Shown here piece by piece: positions 51,766-63,557 of a stretch of 64,000 nt of DNA; within the stretch, counting starts at the first letter, position 1, and each line of letters begins with the position of its first letter. Origin of the DNA: an uncultured cyanobacterium (GTDB taxonomy: Bacteria; Cyanobacteriota; Cyanobacteriia; Cyanobacteriales; Nostocaceae); assembly GCA_963740315.1 (NCBI GenBank), contig CAVUDP010000001.1, forward strand, positions 288,001 to 352,000. The letters run 5' to 3'. A program made the translations under genes and the position numbers. The notes beneath the pieces were generated by a model, which did no database searches, was not told the DNA's origin, and was given only the letters and a program-made list of their open reading frames with translations.

Positions 51766-52323
51766 ATTTTTATACTTATAAATTTAGTTAGAGAAGAGTT
51801 AGCTTAGAGCTATTTTTAAACTGTATTGTCTTTATATACATCACTTCCTTCGCATTATCCTACTTGAGAATATACAAATGTCAAGTATCTGTTTTTATCT
51901 TTTTTTGAATGTTTTTTAGATATAATTGACATCAGTAAAATCATCATAAATTATTTAAAAATCATTGATAAAAACAAAGTATATATTGGTATAATACTGA
52001 GGATTTATAAGTGTAATTAAGGTTGATTGACTTTAAGATAAATAGCATTTATGTATTTTTGCCTACAAAGCCAACGTAAACAATGAATATCTATCTTTAT
52101 ATATCCAGCCTACGTATTAACAAGTACTAATTACAAGAGATAAGGTTCCCCGTCAGGATACAGAATTTAGCCGTTTCTCACCCCTGACTACAGGTAACAA
52201 CAGCAAAAGTTTTGCCAACGATCGCAAATGCTGTAAAATTTAACCTTAAAAAGAATATACAATACAGTTTCGATAAAATTAAGCTTAAAAATAACCCAAG
52301 AATTTCCCGTATTTTCCCAAACC

Positions 52324-52707
52324 ATGTTAACTGACATTCTGCCTTTCAGGTTCGATTTAGACACAGTAGCCATTGCCGGAGCGACTTTATGGTCTTTGGC
52401 ATTGTATCTGGGTTTTTCCCCACTTGGTGAATGGGTAACAAAACAGCTAAATCGCTGGTTTAATTTCGCCGAGCGATTTATGTATACCAGTCAATCTGAA
52501 TTTGACAAAACCCGTGAGGCAAGAGAATCACAAAACGCTTTCTATGCATCGGTATTTAGCGTCATCCCGTTTTTAATATTTGGTGCTTTATCCAACTGGC
52601 TTGTAGAAATCAGTCTGGGAGGTAGTTGGGCTATCAGTACGGGCATTCTCGCTTGTATGGCTTGCGGTGTTTATGAATTAGGAAGGCGAGATGGGGAAAA
52701 TAGTTAG
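52324..52707 (+). CDS. Conserved cyanobacterial membrane protein
   Basis: WSLALY...NAFYAS...GVYELGR pattern. Confidence 0.75.
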   Translation: MLTDILPFRFDLDTVAIAGATLWSLALYLGFSPLGEWVTKQLNRWFNFAERFMYTSQSEFDKTREARESQNAFYASVFSVIPFLIFGALSNWLVEISLGGSWAISTGILACMACGVYELGRRDGENS

Positions 52708-52844
52708 CAGTTACCAGTTACCAGTAAAATAATTTTAGATTTGAAATTTTAACTCTTATTTTGTCTTGGAAGTTAGAAATTAGTAATTAATAATTAGTCG
52801 TTATAAATTTTCAACCTTTAACCTTTAACCTTTAACCTATTATT

Positions 52845-53723
52845 ATGACCTCTCCCCGTACTATTTTAGAGACTTTACTTCCGCATTTAAAAGTAGCAGC
52901 AGGTTACGCTCGTTTTCTGCAACCGAAAATTGCTGTACTTCCGGAAAAAGATGGAAAAGATAACTTGTTTTCTTCTGCGCTTACTGATGCGGATTTAGCA
53001 ATTCAGAATTTTGTAGAAGTTGTATTGTTAAGTAAATTTCCAAACATTCGTTTTTATGGGGAAGAATATGAAAGTTCTCCCAATACCAAGTACTTTCGCG
53101 CTATAGATTTAGGGGAAAAAGATGATTATTTAATCACTCTTGACCCAATTGATGGTACAAGATACTACATGGATGGACATTCTAATTATCAAATTATTCT
53201 TGGTATTTTGAATACTGATGATTATGAAGCGGTAATTGCTATTTCTCCTAGCGAAAACGTTTATTTTTACGCGATCGAAGGTGAAGGTGCTTTTAAGGGT
53301 TCTCTGGAAATGAATTTGGACGAATGTACCCAATTTAAGGTAAATTCAACCGCGAAACCCATTATATTCTTGGGTACGGCAATGAGTTCGTTAACATCTA
53401 CATTAAAAGATAAATACGAAGTTATTAATGCAGCAGACGATTATTCTAGCTCCGTTCAAATGCCCAATTTTAATGCTATTTTTAGCGATGGATTGAGTGG
53501 TGCTGTAAAAAGATTTGGTCAGTTTATTGACGGTGGTGCTTTAGCTTTTATTGCCAAAGAAGCAGGTTGTATTGTCACTACATTCGATGGCTCTGCTTTA
53601 CCTCCACTGCACGCTTGCGAAGATTATAATTTACCGGGATTAGTAATAGCAACTTCAGAATCTATTCATCAAGATTTACTCAAAGCTGTTAGTCATGATT
53701 CGGTTTATGGTGTTAAAGCTTAA
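52845..53723 (+). CDS. Inositol monophosphatase family protein
   Basis: TDAD, GEE, LDPIDGT. Confidence 0.88.
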   Translation: MTSPRTILETLLPHLKVAAGYARFLQPKIAVLPEKDGKDNLFSSALTDADLAIQNFVEVVLLSKFPNIRFYGEEYESSPNTKYFRAIDLGEKDDYLITLDPIDGTRYYMDGHSNYQIILGILNTDDYEAVIAISPSENVYFYAIEGEGAFKGSLEMNLDECTQFKVNSTAKPIIFLGTAMSSLTSTLKDKYEVINAADDYSSSVQMPNFNAIFSDGLSGAVKRFGQFIDGGALAFIAKEAGCIVTTFDGSALPPLHACEDYNLPGLVIATSESIHQDLLKAVSHDSVYGVKA

Positions 53724-53810
53724 AATTTTAGTCGAATGCAAGGGTATAAGGTAAACCAGATGTATTTCGTTTGTACGGTAACATCGGAATATGTTTTGTT
53801 TAAGATGGTG

Positions 53811-53943
53811 GGCGTTGGTGAATCGAAATATGGATTGGGAATTTCACATTATATGAGACGTAGCAGTGCTACGTCTCTACACAGATTTTGCATTCACTAC
53901 AAAATGTACACAAATATAATTCATTACTTAATTTAGCAACGCC
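53811..53943. mobile_element. 133-bp MITE with an 8-bp target-site duplication
   Basis: TIRs GGCGTTGGTGAAT / ATTTAGCAACGCC (11/13); AGATGGTG at 53803-53810 and 53944-53951. Confidence 0.8.
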
Positions 53944-54003
53944 AGATGGTGAGTTGTTCAAAGTCGTTTGAAACAGGTTTGCGTAAATTCAAGAAAGAAA
54001 GAA

Positions 54004-55296
54004 TTAAAGTTTATCTAATTCTTCACATACCAATTGAGATAACTTAGCAGCAGCACCAGTATCACCCCTCGCGCTCCTCAAATTTGCACGCATATCAGCT
54101 AATTTGTGAGGATTTTGCAAATAATCAATCGCAATATCTCCAACTTCTGACGGTTGTAACTTCCCGACTAACTCCGGGACAATTTCCTTTTGTGCCCATA
54201 TATTAGGCCATGCTAACAAACCTTTGCGTCGAAGAAAAAACCAATTTATCAACTTAGCAAAACCAGAACCCATTAAAGGTAAATTGGCTAACAATCCAGG
54301 AATACCATCCCAAGAGCGCATTGCATCCAATTGTTGGGTAGGAAGTAAAACAATCATTGGTACAGCTAAAGAACCAAGCTCGGCAGTATTAGCACCGACA
54401 GTAGTTAAGCAGATACTGCATTTAGATAATGTATCGTAAGCAGGATGTTCTAAAGATAGTTCGACTTGCAAACCTGTTGATGTTTGTAAATAAGGCTTTT
54501 CTGAATCAACTAAGTAAGCCGATACTCCTCCGAAATACTGTGACATCGGATTTTTTTGTGCATCTGCGAAACTAGCCAAAGTTTGTAAATCTAAAGTTGG
54601 AGCAACGGGGATGAAGAACTTTGTTTGTGGTAGCTTATTGTGGATATGTTGCGCGATCGCTAAACTCAAAGGGACACCTTGAGCAAGTTTAGCCGCTTTA
54701 GAGCCAGGTAAAATTCCAACCAGTTCAATTTTAGATTTTAGATTTTGGATTTTGGATTCTGAAGTTAAATCTTCCCCCTCTTCCCCCTCTACCCCCTCTC
54801 CCCCTCTCTCTTCCCCCCCAGCTTCCGCCATCAGATCGCCGACAACGGTAAATTTGTCAACATACTTAGGGCTAATCTTCGCAGCAACTTCGGGTTTCAT
54901 CACCCCAAAACGGTTAATTAAAGAATGCCATCTTGCTTCCCATTCAGCGTAAATTACAGTACGATAATTCAATCTTTTACCAATTACCACGGGAAAAAAT
55001 TGGTCGCCACCCAAGAATAATACAACACCTTTATCTCGCCAATCCCAATTATCGGCAGTTTTTCCAGTTAGTAGAAATGGAAAGAAATTTTGTGCAGCTT
55101 GTACTCTATCTACTTCCGGATAAGAAAGAGCAATATCAGCTTCCTTGCCGCTAGCATTAGCACAAGGAGATAAAACAACCGAAATTCTGACTCGATCGCG
55201 ATCGTTACCCAGCTTTTCGCGTAATGATTTTACTACAGGACGTACCCAAGTTGTGATTTCACCGGGACCATTGGAAAGAATAAGAATATCAAACAT
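54004..55296 (-). CDS. Lipid-A-disaccharide synthase-related glycosyltransferase
   Basis: ILSNGPGE, LPGSK, TTVGANTAELG, AWPNIWA...VPEL. Confidence 0.85.
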   Translation of the reverse strand: MFDILILSNGPGEITTWVRPVVKSLREKLGNDRDRVRISVVLSPCANASGKEADIALSYPEVDRVQAAQNFFPFLLTGKTADNWDWRDKGVVLFLGGDQFFPVVIGKRLNYRTVIYAEWEARWHSLINRFGVMKPEVAAKISPKYVDKFTVVGDLMAEAGGEERGGEGVEGEEGEDLTSESKIQNLKSKIELVGILPGSKAAKLAQGVPLSLAIAQHIHNKLPQTKFFIPVAPTLDLQTLASFADAQKNPMSQYFGGVSAYLVDSEKPYLQTSTGLQVELSLEHPAYDTLSKCSICLTTVGANTAELGSLAVPMIVLLPTQQLDAMRSWDGIPGLLANLPLMGSGFAKLINWFFLRRKGLLAWPNIWAQKEIVPELVGKLQPSEVGDIAIDYLQNPHKLADMRANLRSARGDTGAAAKLSQLVCEELDKL

Positions 55297-55479
55297 CAAA
55301 TTTCAGTGAGCAGTGAACAGTTAACAGTAATAATATTCTTTTATTTGTAGGGTGTGTGACGCTGCGAGATATGTTGAACGTAGTTACCAATATGAAGATA
55401 GCGTCACGCACCAATAATACGATAGTAATAATAATGTAATTTTCTTAAATCATTTATCCTGCAAATACTAAATTAAATA

Positions 55480-55695
55480 ATGCCCTATGATAATTTCTCA
55501 CTTTCACGAGTAAAACGCGAATTTAGTTTAACCACAGTTGAAAACCAAAGTTTTTTTCCAGATATTTCACCAATCGAACCCAGCTTTTATTTAAAAGAAG
55601 CCTTAAGTGAAGGATTACCACTCGCGATCGCAACAGGTTCAGAAAAAGCACGTTCGGAATTAATTATTAGTCCAATTCTTGTAGAAGTTAGATAA
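55480..55695 (+). pseudogene. Truncated conserved cyanobacterial hypothetical (5' fragment)
   Basis: Ends right after SEKARSELIISPILVEVR; a palindromic repeat follows 9 bp later. Confidence 0.55.
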
Positions 55696-55703
55696 TACCA
55701 TTA

Positions 55704-55812
55704 CCGGCGGTTGAAACCGCGTCTACATAGGCAAAGTCCACCTGCGTGGACTAATAATTAAACCCACCTTACGGTGGGTTTCGCTTGTGTAGCCGCGATT
55801 GAAATCGCCAGG
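55704..55812. repeat. Composite palindromic repeat (family E)
   Basis: AGTCCACCTGCGTGGACT and AAACCCACC..GGTGGGTTT hairpins; related to 23546-23600 and 63786-63840. Confidence 0.65.
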
Positions 55813-55837
55813 TTCAACAATATTTAAATTAATTTAA

Positions 55838-57040
55838 TCACGTATGCGTCAACCTACTCCGAATCCCAACCCAATCCCCAGTATCAATCTTACCAACTAT
55901 ATATATATCAATTTCAACATCACCAATCCAATAAATTTTTATATCTTGAAAACGAGTTTTGACAATATGAGATAATCTCTGATTTCTGTTATAAGATTCG
56001 GGATAATTAATTTTATCATCTTCATCATTTTCGCCAAAGAAACCTTCTGTTCCAAAATCACCGTCTTCATAATCGGAGTAAAAATGCATCATATAAGAAG
56101 ATTTTAAGAGATTATGCAGTAAATTATCTTTAGTTTCTGCAATTTCCCAGGCAAAAAGTTCTGCATAATAGTAAAACTTTTCTTGAGAAAAAATGGCTAA
56201 TGTATCTATGTTTTTTAGAACAGATACTAATGCAGCGTGTTCAGTTTTGTTAGATGCATTATCTTCTATTCTACCGAATGGCTCCCTACCGCCTCTTTCT
56301 ATATTGACAGTAGGACATATACCAATCCAATCTCCTGTCTGGGTGTTTCCAATCAACATAGGTAAAGGCTCATATTCTAACCATTGCATACAAGCTTTAA
56401 AGTAATAATATGTATGCTTGGTAATATAGGATTTTAATTGTTGAAATATAAAGCTGAATTCCTCAACGGGAAATTTATTTTCTAAAAAATCAATTGAATC
56501 AACTTCTACAAGAAAACCCGCAGCTTCTAAAAACTTTTCTAAGGTAAAATCACCTCTCGATGCAGTATCCCACATAAACACATCATAAGGATGAGAGCAT
56601 TCTGTATTATGGTTGTTATGAAGTCCTCGTGTTAATTCTCTAATTTCCGCAACTAATTCTGTATTAGCATTGTTAGATTCATCTACTAAAAGCAAATGGT
56701 GACTCGCTACATTAATTGCTGCTTGTATATTTGTACCGATTAAATTAGCACCAATTAATTCAGTAAATTTTAAATTTGTATTAGTTAGAATTGCATTTCT
56801 TAAATTCGCTTCTTGTAAATCAGCATGACTTAAATTTGAACCACTTAAATCAGCTTCAGATAAATCAACTCGATAAAAAGAAGCATTACTCAGATTGACA
56901 TTAACCAATTTAGCTTTATGTAAAATGACATCAGATAAACTAATATTACTTAAATCCGCATCTCGAATTTCAATACCCGAAAAATCTCTTTCCCCATCCT
57001 TATATCGTTGTCGAAATTCTTCCACATCCATAAGGTACAT
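55838..57040 (-). CDS. Pentapeptide-repeat protein fused to NuiA (nuclease A inhibitor)-like domain(s)
   Basis: N-terminal A(D/N)Lxx repeats; C-terminal IYWIGDVEIDIYIVGKIDTGDWVGI resembles the NuiA C-terminus. Confidence 0.7.
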   Translation of the reverse strand: MYLMDVEEFRQRYKDGERDFSGIEIRDADLSNISLSDVILHKAKLVNVNLSNASFYRVDLSEADLSGSNLSHADLQEANLRNAILTNTNLKFTELIGANLIGTNIQAAINVASHHLLLVDESNNANTELVAEIRELTRGLHNNHNTECSHPYDVFMWDTASRGDFTLEKFLEAAGFLVEVDSIDFLENKFPVEEFSFIFQQLKSYITKHTYYYFKACMQWLEYEPLPMLIGNTQTGDWIGICPTVNIERGGREPFGRIEDNASNKTEHAALVSVLKNIDTLAIFSQEKFYYYAELFAWEIAETKDNLLHNLLKSSYMMHFYSDYEDGDFGTEGFFGENDEDDKINYPESYNRNQRLSHIVKTRFQDIKIYWIGDVEIDIYIVGKIDTGDWVGIRSRLTHT

Positions 57041-57383
57041 CCTAAATTCTCTGTAAAAACGCTACCTTTATAACCTACATAACCAAACTTAAAAATAAAA
57101 TCTCTTTCTTACCTCCTTACCCCTTTGCGTAAACCTCAGCGTCCCTTTACGTTTAAAAAAATAATATTCATCCACAACCAAATAACCAACCATGAATATT
57201 ACAAATAATTTACTAAATGTGAGTAAGCACACCAAAAAAACGTAAAGTAATGTAAAGCAAAAATTGTTTAAATTTATCGAATTGTGTCAGTTAGACGACG
57301 AAAACGTCCATAACTAGGCAATTTCTGATAAAAAACATTTAGTGCCGAACCAGAGAACACGCATCATAGGAGCGAGGAAACGT

Positions 57384-60300
57384 ATGTTTACTCACGTCAA
57401 GTCCACCATTAGACACATCAAGCCTGATAACCTCGAAGGGCGACATTTAATTAAGGTGGTCTATGTCGTGTTAGAGTCCCAGTATCAAAGTGCTTTGTCA
57501 CAAGCGGTACGGACTATAAACGATAATCACCCCAACATTGCGATTGAAATTAGCGGTTATTTGATTGAGGAACTCCGCTCTCCTGAGAATTACGAGGAGT
57601 TTAAAAAAGAGTTAGAGACTACGAATGTTTTTATCGCTTCACTTATTTTTATTGAAGATTTAGCGACTAAGGTAGTTGCAGCAGTGCAACCCCATCGCGA
57701 TAAGTTTGATGTAGCTGTATGTTTCCCTTCGATGCCGGAAGTTATGCGTCTGAATAAGATGGGTAGTTTTTCCTTGGCGAATTTGGGACAATCCAAAAGT
57801 GCGATCGCGCAGTTTATGAAGAAGCGCAAGGAGAAATCCGGTTCTTCTTTCCAAGATGGAATGTTGAAGCTGCTGAATACTTTGCCTTCTGTATTAAAGT
57901 ATTTGCCGGTGGAAAAGGCTCAAGATGCTCGTAATTTCATGTTGAGTTTTCAGTATTGGTTGGGAGGATCTTCCGAGAATTTGGAAAACTTCTTATTAAT
58001 GCTGGCTGATAAATATGTTTTAAAAGATGTTGATAAAAGCAATTTTGCATCTGTAGAAGAATATCAACTGCCGGTTGTTTATCCCGACATGGGAATTTGG
58101 CATCCTTTGGCGACAACGATGTTTGAGGATGTAAAAGAGTATCTTAACTGGTATAATAGCCGCCCAGATATTTCTCCAGATTTAAAAGATCCCTTAGCCC
58201 CTTGTGTGGGTTTAGTATTGCAGCGGACTCACTTGGTAACTGGTGATGATGCTCATTATGTGGCGATCGTCCAGGAATTGGAAGCGATGGGAGCTAAGGT
58301 AATTCCCGTTTTTGCTGGCGGTTTGGACTTTTCTAAGCCGGTAGATGCTTATTTTTACGAAACTTCTGCGTTAGCGAAAGGTGATAAGCAAGGAACTACT
58401 TTAATTGATGCTGTAGTATCTTTGACAGGATTTGCGCTTGTAGGTGGACCAGCCAGACAAGACCACCCGAAAGCGATTGAGTCGTTGAAGCGGTTGAATC
58501 GTCCGTATATGGTTGCCTTACCTTTGGTATTCCAAACTACCGAAGAGTGGATGGAAAGCGATTTGGGATTGCACCCGATTCAGGTGGCTTTGCAAATTGC
58601 CATACCGGAATTAGATGGTGCGATCGAGCCGATAATTTTATCTGGTAAAGATGGCGCAACCGGAAAGGCGATCGCTCTCCAAGATCGAGTTGAAACGGTA
58701 GCGAAACGGGCGATGAAATGGGCGAATTTGCGCCGCAAGCCCAAGTTAAATAAGAAGGTAGCGATTACTGTATTTAGCTTCCCACCGGATAAAGGTAATG
58801 TCGGAACCGCAGCATATTTAGATGTATTCGGTTCGATATTCGAGGTAATGAAGGCTTTAAAAAATAATGGCTACGATTTACCCGAATTACCTGCAAGTGC
58901 TAAAGAGTTGATGGAACAAGTGATCCACGATGTACAAGCACAGTATGCAAGTCCGGAATTAAACGTTGCTTATCGGATGTCGGTTCCGGAATACGAGGAA
59001 TTAACACCATATTCCCACCGTTTGGAAGAAAATTGGGGTCCACCTCCGGGAAATCTCAACAGCGACGGACAGAATTTATTAGTATACGGGAAGCATTTCG
59101 GTAACTTATTTATTGGTGTACAGCCAACCTTTGGTTATGAAGGCGATCCGATGCGGTTGTTATTTTCCCGCTCTGCAAGTCCCCACCACGGTTTTGCGGC
59201 TTACTATACATACCTGGAAAAAATTTGGGGTGCTGATGCGGTACTTCACTTCGGTACTCACGGCTCCTTGGAATTTATGCCAGGAAAGCAAATGGGAATG
59301 TCGGGTGATTGTTATCCCGATAGTTTAATTGGTACGATTCCCAACTTGTATTATTACGCTGCAAATAATCCGAGTGAAGCGACAATTGCCAAACGTCGCA
59401 GCTATGCGGAAACGATATCTTATTTAACACCCCCCGCAGAAAACGCCGGTTTATACAAAGGTTTGAAAGAATTAAGCGAACTAATTGGTTCCTACCAAAC
59501 CCTCAAAGATACCGGAAGGGGAGTTGCGATCGTTGATACCATCATGGATAAAGCCCGGATGGTGAATTTAGATAAAGATATCGACTTCCCCGAAGACAGT
59601 TGCAAGGATATGTCCGCAGAAGAGCGCGATAATATCGTTGGTAGCGTCTACCGTCGGTTGATGGAGATAGAATCGCGACTGTTGCCATGTGGATTACACG
59701 TAGTTGGGAAGCCGCCCACGGCAGAGGAAGCAATAGCTACTTTGGTTAATATAGCTGAGTTAGATCGAGAAGAGTCAGAACTGATTAGCTTACCAAGGAT
59801 TATAGCCAACAGTATCGGACGCGACATTGAGGAGATTTACCGCAACAGCGACAAAGGTATTTTAGAAGATGTGGAATTGCTGCAACACATCACTTTAACC
59901 ACCCGCGAAACTGTTGGAGCATTAGTTCAAGCGCAAATCGACGCAGAAGGTAGAGTTTCCCTAGTTTCCAAGTTGAACTTTTTCAATATGGGTAAAAAGG
60001 AACCTTGGGTAGAAGCTTTGCATCAAGCAGGTTATCCCAAAGTTGATAAGGAAGCCTTGAAACCCTTATTTGAATACTTGGAATTCTGCCTGCAACAGGT
60101 TTGTGCGGATAACGAATTAGGCGCATTACTCAAAGGATTAGAAGGAGAATACGTCCTACCAGGTCCCGGAGGAGATCCAATTCGTAACCCCGACGTACTC
60201 CCCACGGGTAAAAATATTCACGCTCTAGACCCGCAATCAATCCCCACAATGGCAGCGGTGAAATCTGCGAAAGTTGTTGTAGATAGATTGTTAGATAGAC

Positions 60301-61394
60301 AAATGCGCGACAACGGCGGCGAATATCCCGAAACCATCGCCTGTGTATTATGGGGAACCGACAATATTAAAACCTACGGGGAATCACTAGCACAGATAAT
60401 GTGGATGGTAGGCGTGCGCCCGGTTCCAGATGCTTTGGGAAGAGTGAACAAGTTAGAATTGGTACCTTTAGAAGAGTTGGGCAGACCGAGAATCGACGTA
60501 GTAATCAACTGTTCCGGAGTATTCCGCGACTTGTTTATTAACCAAATGAACTTGTTAGATCAAGGGGTGAAAATGGCAGCAGAAGCCGACGAAGCCTTAG
60601 AAATGAACTTTGTTCGCAAACACGCACTCAAGCAAGCCGAAGAGATGGGAATTAATTTGCGTCAAGCAGCAACCCGCGTATTTTCCAACGCTTCCGGCTC
60701 CTATTCTTCCAACATCAACTTAGCGGTGGAAAATAGTACTTGGGAAAACGAAGGGGAATTGCAGGAAATGTACCTTAAACGTAAATCCTTTGCATTCACC
60801 GCAGATAATCCAGGAATGATGGAAAACTCGCGGGAAATCTTTGAAAGTGCCTTGCAAACCGCCGATGTCACCTTCCAAAACTTAGATTCCTCGGAAATTA
60901 GTTTAACCGACGTTTCCCACTACTACGATTCCGATCCCACCAAAGTAGTAGCGAGTTTGCGGAAAGATGGTAAAAAGCCAGTAGCCTACATGGCAGATAC
61001 CACCACAGCAAATGCACAAGTTCGTACTTTGTCGGAAACCGTGCGCTTGGATTCTCGAACTAAATTGTTGAATCCGAAGTGGTATGAAGGAATGTTATCT
61101 CACGGTTACGAAGGTGTGAGGGAGTTATCTAAGCGTTTGGTTAATACCGTGGGTTGGAGTGCGACAGCGGATGCGGTAGATAATTGGGTTTATGAAGATA
61201 CCAATGACACCTTTATGAAAGATAAGGAAATGCAGGAAAGGTTGTTGAACTTGAATCCGCATTCCTTTAGAAAGATGGTGACTTCTTTGTTGGAAGCCAA
61301 TGGTAGAGGTTATTGGGATACAGATGAAAGTAACTTAGATAAGTTGCGGGAATTGTATCAGCAAGTTGAGGATAAGATTGAAGGGATTGAGTAG
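57384..61394 (+). CDS. chlH: Magnesium chelatase subunit H
   Basis: MFTHVKS start; [31 protein letters not shown]. Confidence 0.98.
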   Translation: MFTHVKSTIRHIKPDNLEGRHLIKVVYVVLESQYQSALSQAVRTINDNHPNIAIEISGYLIEELRSPENYEEFKKELETTNVFIASLIFIEDLATKVVAAVQPHRDKFDVAVCFPSMPEVMRLNKMGSFSLANLGQSKSAIAQFMKKRKEKSGSSFQDGMLKLLNTLPSVLKYLPVEKAQDARNFMLSFQYWLGGSSENLENFLLMLADKYVLKDVDKSNFASVEEYQLPVVYPDMGIWHPLATTMFEDVKEYLNWYNSRPDISPDLKDPLAPCVGLVLQRTHLVTGDDAHYVAIVQELEAMGAKVIPVFAGGLDFSKPVDAYFYETSALAKGDKQGTTLIDAVVSLTGFALVGGPARQDHPKAIESLKRLNRPYMVALPLVFQTTEEWMESDLGLHPIQVALQIAIPELDGAIEPIILSGKDGATGKAIALQDRVETVAKRAMKWANLRRKPKLNKKVAITVFSFPPDKGNVGTAAYLDVFGSIFEVMKALKNNGYDLPELPASAKELMEQVIHDVQAQYASPELNVAYRMSVPEYEELTPYSHRLEENWGPPPGNLNSDGQNLLVYGKHFGNLFIGVQPTFGYEGDPMRLLFSRSASPHHGFAAYYTYLEKIWGADAVLHFGTHGSLEFMPGKQMGMSGDCYPDSLIGTIPNLYYYAANNPSEATIAKRRSYAETISYLTPPAENAGLYKGLKELSELIGSYQTLKDTGRGVAIVDTIMDKARMVNLDKDIDFPEDSCKDMSAEERDNIVGSVYRRLMEIESRLLPCGLHVVGKPPTAEEAIATLVNIAELDREESELISLPRIIANSIGRDIEEIYRNSDKGILEDVELLQHITLTTRETVGALVQAQIDAEGRVSLVSKLNFFNMGKKEPWVEALHQAGYPKVDKEALKPLFEYLEFCLQQVCADNELGALLKGLEGEYVLPGPGGDPIRNPDVLPTGKNIHALDPQSIPTMAAVKSAKVVVDRLLDRQMRDNGGEYPETIACVLWGTDNIKTYGESLAQIMWMVGVRPVPDALGRVNKLELVPLEELGRPRIDVVINCSGVFRDLFINQMNLLDQGVKMAAEADEALEMNFVRKHALKQAEEMGINLRQAATRVFSNASGSYSSNINLAVENSTWENEGELQEMYLKRKSFAFTADNPGMMENSREIFESALQTADVTFQNLDSSEISLTDVSHYYDSDPTKVVASLRKDGKKPVAYMADTTTANAQVRTLSETVRLDSRTKLLNPKWYEGMLSHGYEGVRELSKRLVNTVGWSATADAVDNWVYEDTNDTFMKDKEMQERLLNLNPHSFRKMVTSLLEANGRGYWDTDESNLDKLRELYQQVEDKIEGIE

Positions 61395-61539
61395 TTTATT
61401 GCTGATTGAATCAGTTATAAACGTTTAAATATAAACAATGTAGAGACGTAGCAGTGCTACGTCTCTACAATTTTATGGCGAAAACTTATAAATAAATAAT
61501 TCGCTTTAACTCAAATATCATAGGAATAGGTTATTAGCT

Positions 61540-61857
61540 TTATTGTTGGTATGATTTTAATTTTTGAAAGAAGTTATTGTGGAAATAGCGCATAGCAAAA
61601 ACTTCATTACTATCTGCTTTAATCGCTCGACTAGATGAAAAGCCCTCAATAGGCTTAGTTTTAGATAAGAAATCTAAATTATTATCAGATTTCGTTTTAA
61701 GCGGAAAAATAACTTCTGCTAATTTTTGTACAGTGAAGCTATAATCATTTTCTTCAGCAATTTTAACAATCAAATTAGGGTCAGTTATATTTTTTATCTT
61801 TTCCTGCAAATCTGGATTTACAGGAACTTGTTGAAGAAATTTAGTAATTTTAGACAT
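61540..61857 (-). CDS. Nif11-like domain protein
   Basis: KFLQQV..NPDLQEKIK...IVKIAEENDYSFT resembles the Nif11 leader. Confidence 0.5.
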   Translation of the reverse strand: MSKITKFLQQVPVNPDLQEKIKNITDPNLIVKIAEENDYSFTVQKLAEVIFPLKTKSDNNLDFLSKTKPIEGFSSSRAIKADSNEVFAMRYFHNNFFQKLKSYQQ

Positions 61858-62132
61858 TTAGATTATAAAAATTTAGTAAAAACTACCTAATCCTACAAGT
61901 GCAAGGTAAAAATTGAATATGAGTAATAACCGAATATATCAGTAGTAGTGTTACTACATCCAACTAATTTATTGAGTTATTAGCAGTGCTTTAGCGCTTT
62001 GTAATTAATCATAAAGCAGTATTGCTATTTTTTATATACTCAGTAATTTAACCCATAATATATCGGTCATGAATAAGTTAAAAAAGTAACATAAACAAAC
62101 TCTATTTGTAAAATATCCTTTGAGGAAAATAA

Positions 62133-63422
62133 ATGACTTTGACTATCCCTGGTATGAAGGGACAGATGGGTAATACTGAATTCTACCAAGCAACAATGAA
62201 GGTTCGCGAGTTAGTACAAGGAATCCGTCCTGCTAAAGACCTCGACGAATGGGCAAGCATGAGTATAGAGGATAGGTTACAACGCGAACCAGACATAAAG
62301 CGAATTGAGGCGGAAATTGCTCCATACATTGCAGAAGCAAAAGACCGTTTTTTCGGTGCAATGATTGTCCTTGTTTATAAAGGTAAAATTGACTTTGAAA
62401 GTCTTCAGAACTGGGTATCTAATAAAGCTCCGCGTGTTTACCAATTGCTGACAGATAAGATAGGTGTAATTACCATTGATGGTGGTTCTTTGATTATGCT
62501 TGATGGACAGCACCGTCTTCTAGCTCTTGAAAAGGTCGTCAAAAATGAGGTAAAAGGTGAATATCGGGAAGAAGTACCAAACGATGATGTTTGCGTTATT
62601 TTTATCGATCATGAGAGCAATGAAAAAACTCGCCGGATTTTTAATAAAGTAAATCGTTACGCTAAACCTACTAGTCGTGGTGATAATATCATCACCAGTG
62701 AAGATGACCGAAGCGCTATAATTGCGCGTAAATTGCTCAACGATGGCGCACCACTTGGTTTGAAGGTAAAAGGTAGCAGTGATGTGATTGTTGAATGGAA
62801 AAATAATACTATTCCAGCTAAAAGTCCAAAGTTGACAACCATAAGTGTTGTATATGAAACAGTAAAGCTTATTCTTTCTAATGAAGAAATACCACTTGAT
62901 CCAAATGCTCGACCTTCAGAAGAAGAAATTCAGCAATACTATGAGTTAGTAGAAAAGTTTTGGAATGTTGTTTTAGAGGGATTACAAGCTTATCAAGAAG
63001 CACTTGCTAACTGTAGCGAAATCCCACAAATGCGTAAAGATGACCATCCATACTCGCTGCTATTTAAGTCAGCAGCGCAGATTGCTTTGTTTAAAGGGCT
63101 AATTTCTGCAACAAGTAAAGACCGCTTAAGTTTAGAAGAAGCAATGCAAAGAGCCAATCAAATTGACTGGGCTATTTCCTCACCAATTTGGAAAAATGTG
63201 CTTGTAAATCCTGGTGGAAATATTATGAGAGCGCAAAAAGCACAAAGCTTAGGAGGAAAACTGATTGCTTATCTCATTGCTGCGGATAAGATGACGCAAA
63301 AAGAAATTGATGTTATTCAACGAGAATACAATAGCGCACAGGGAACAGATATTGTTGAGTTAATACCTTTACCTAAACCTATAGTAGAACCAGTTTTAGA
63401 AACAGTAGAAGCTTCTGCATAA
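62133..63422 (+). CDS. DGQHR-domain (DndB-like) protein
   Basis: LQRE, RFFGAMIV, LDGQHRL, IFNKVNRYAKP; GAGG SD. Confidence 0.88.
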   Translation: MTLTIPGMKGQMGNTEFYQATMKVRELVQGIRPAKDLDEWASMSIEDRLQREPDIKRIEAEIAPYIAEAKDRFFGAMIVLVYKGKIDFESLQNWVSNKAPRVYQLLTDKIGVITIDGGSLIMLDGQHRLLALEKVVKNEVKGEYREEVPNDDVCVIFIDHESNEKTRRIFNKVNRYAKPTSRGDNIITSEDDRSAIIARKLLNDGAPLGLKVKGSSDVIVEWKNNTIPAKSPKLTTISVVYETVKLILSNEEIPLDPNARPSEEEIQQYYELVEKFWNVVLEGLQAYQEALANCSEIPQMRKDDHPYSLLFKSAAQIALFKGLISATSKDRLSLEEAMQRANQIDWAISSPIWKNVLVNPGGNIMRAQKAQSLGGKLIAYLIAADKMTQKEIDVIQREYNSAQGTDIVELIPLPKPIVEPVLETVEASA

Positions 63423-63457
63423 TTTTATAAATTACTAGCTTCATATTTTTTAATTGC

Positions 63458-63498
63458 TTTTGCTGGGAACTGCTATTACTGTAGTTTTCAGCAAAAAA
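63458..63498. terminator. Putative bidirectional intrinsic terminator
   Basis: TTTTGCTGGGAACTGC-7nt-GTAGTTTTCAGCAAAA hairpin. Confidence 0.6.
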
Positions 63499-63557
63499 GA
63501 AAATGGCGATCGCTCTACAACACAAATTAATCTTTTTCTCGTAAGCTGCTGTGAATC

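Noticed and set aside
53736..53936. 66-aa ORF
   Set aside because: Mostly read through the MITE and palindrome; probably spurious
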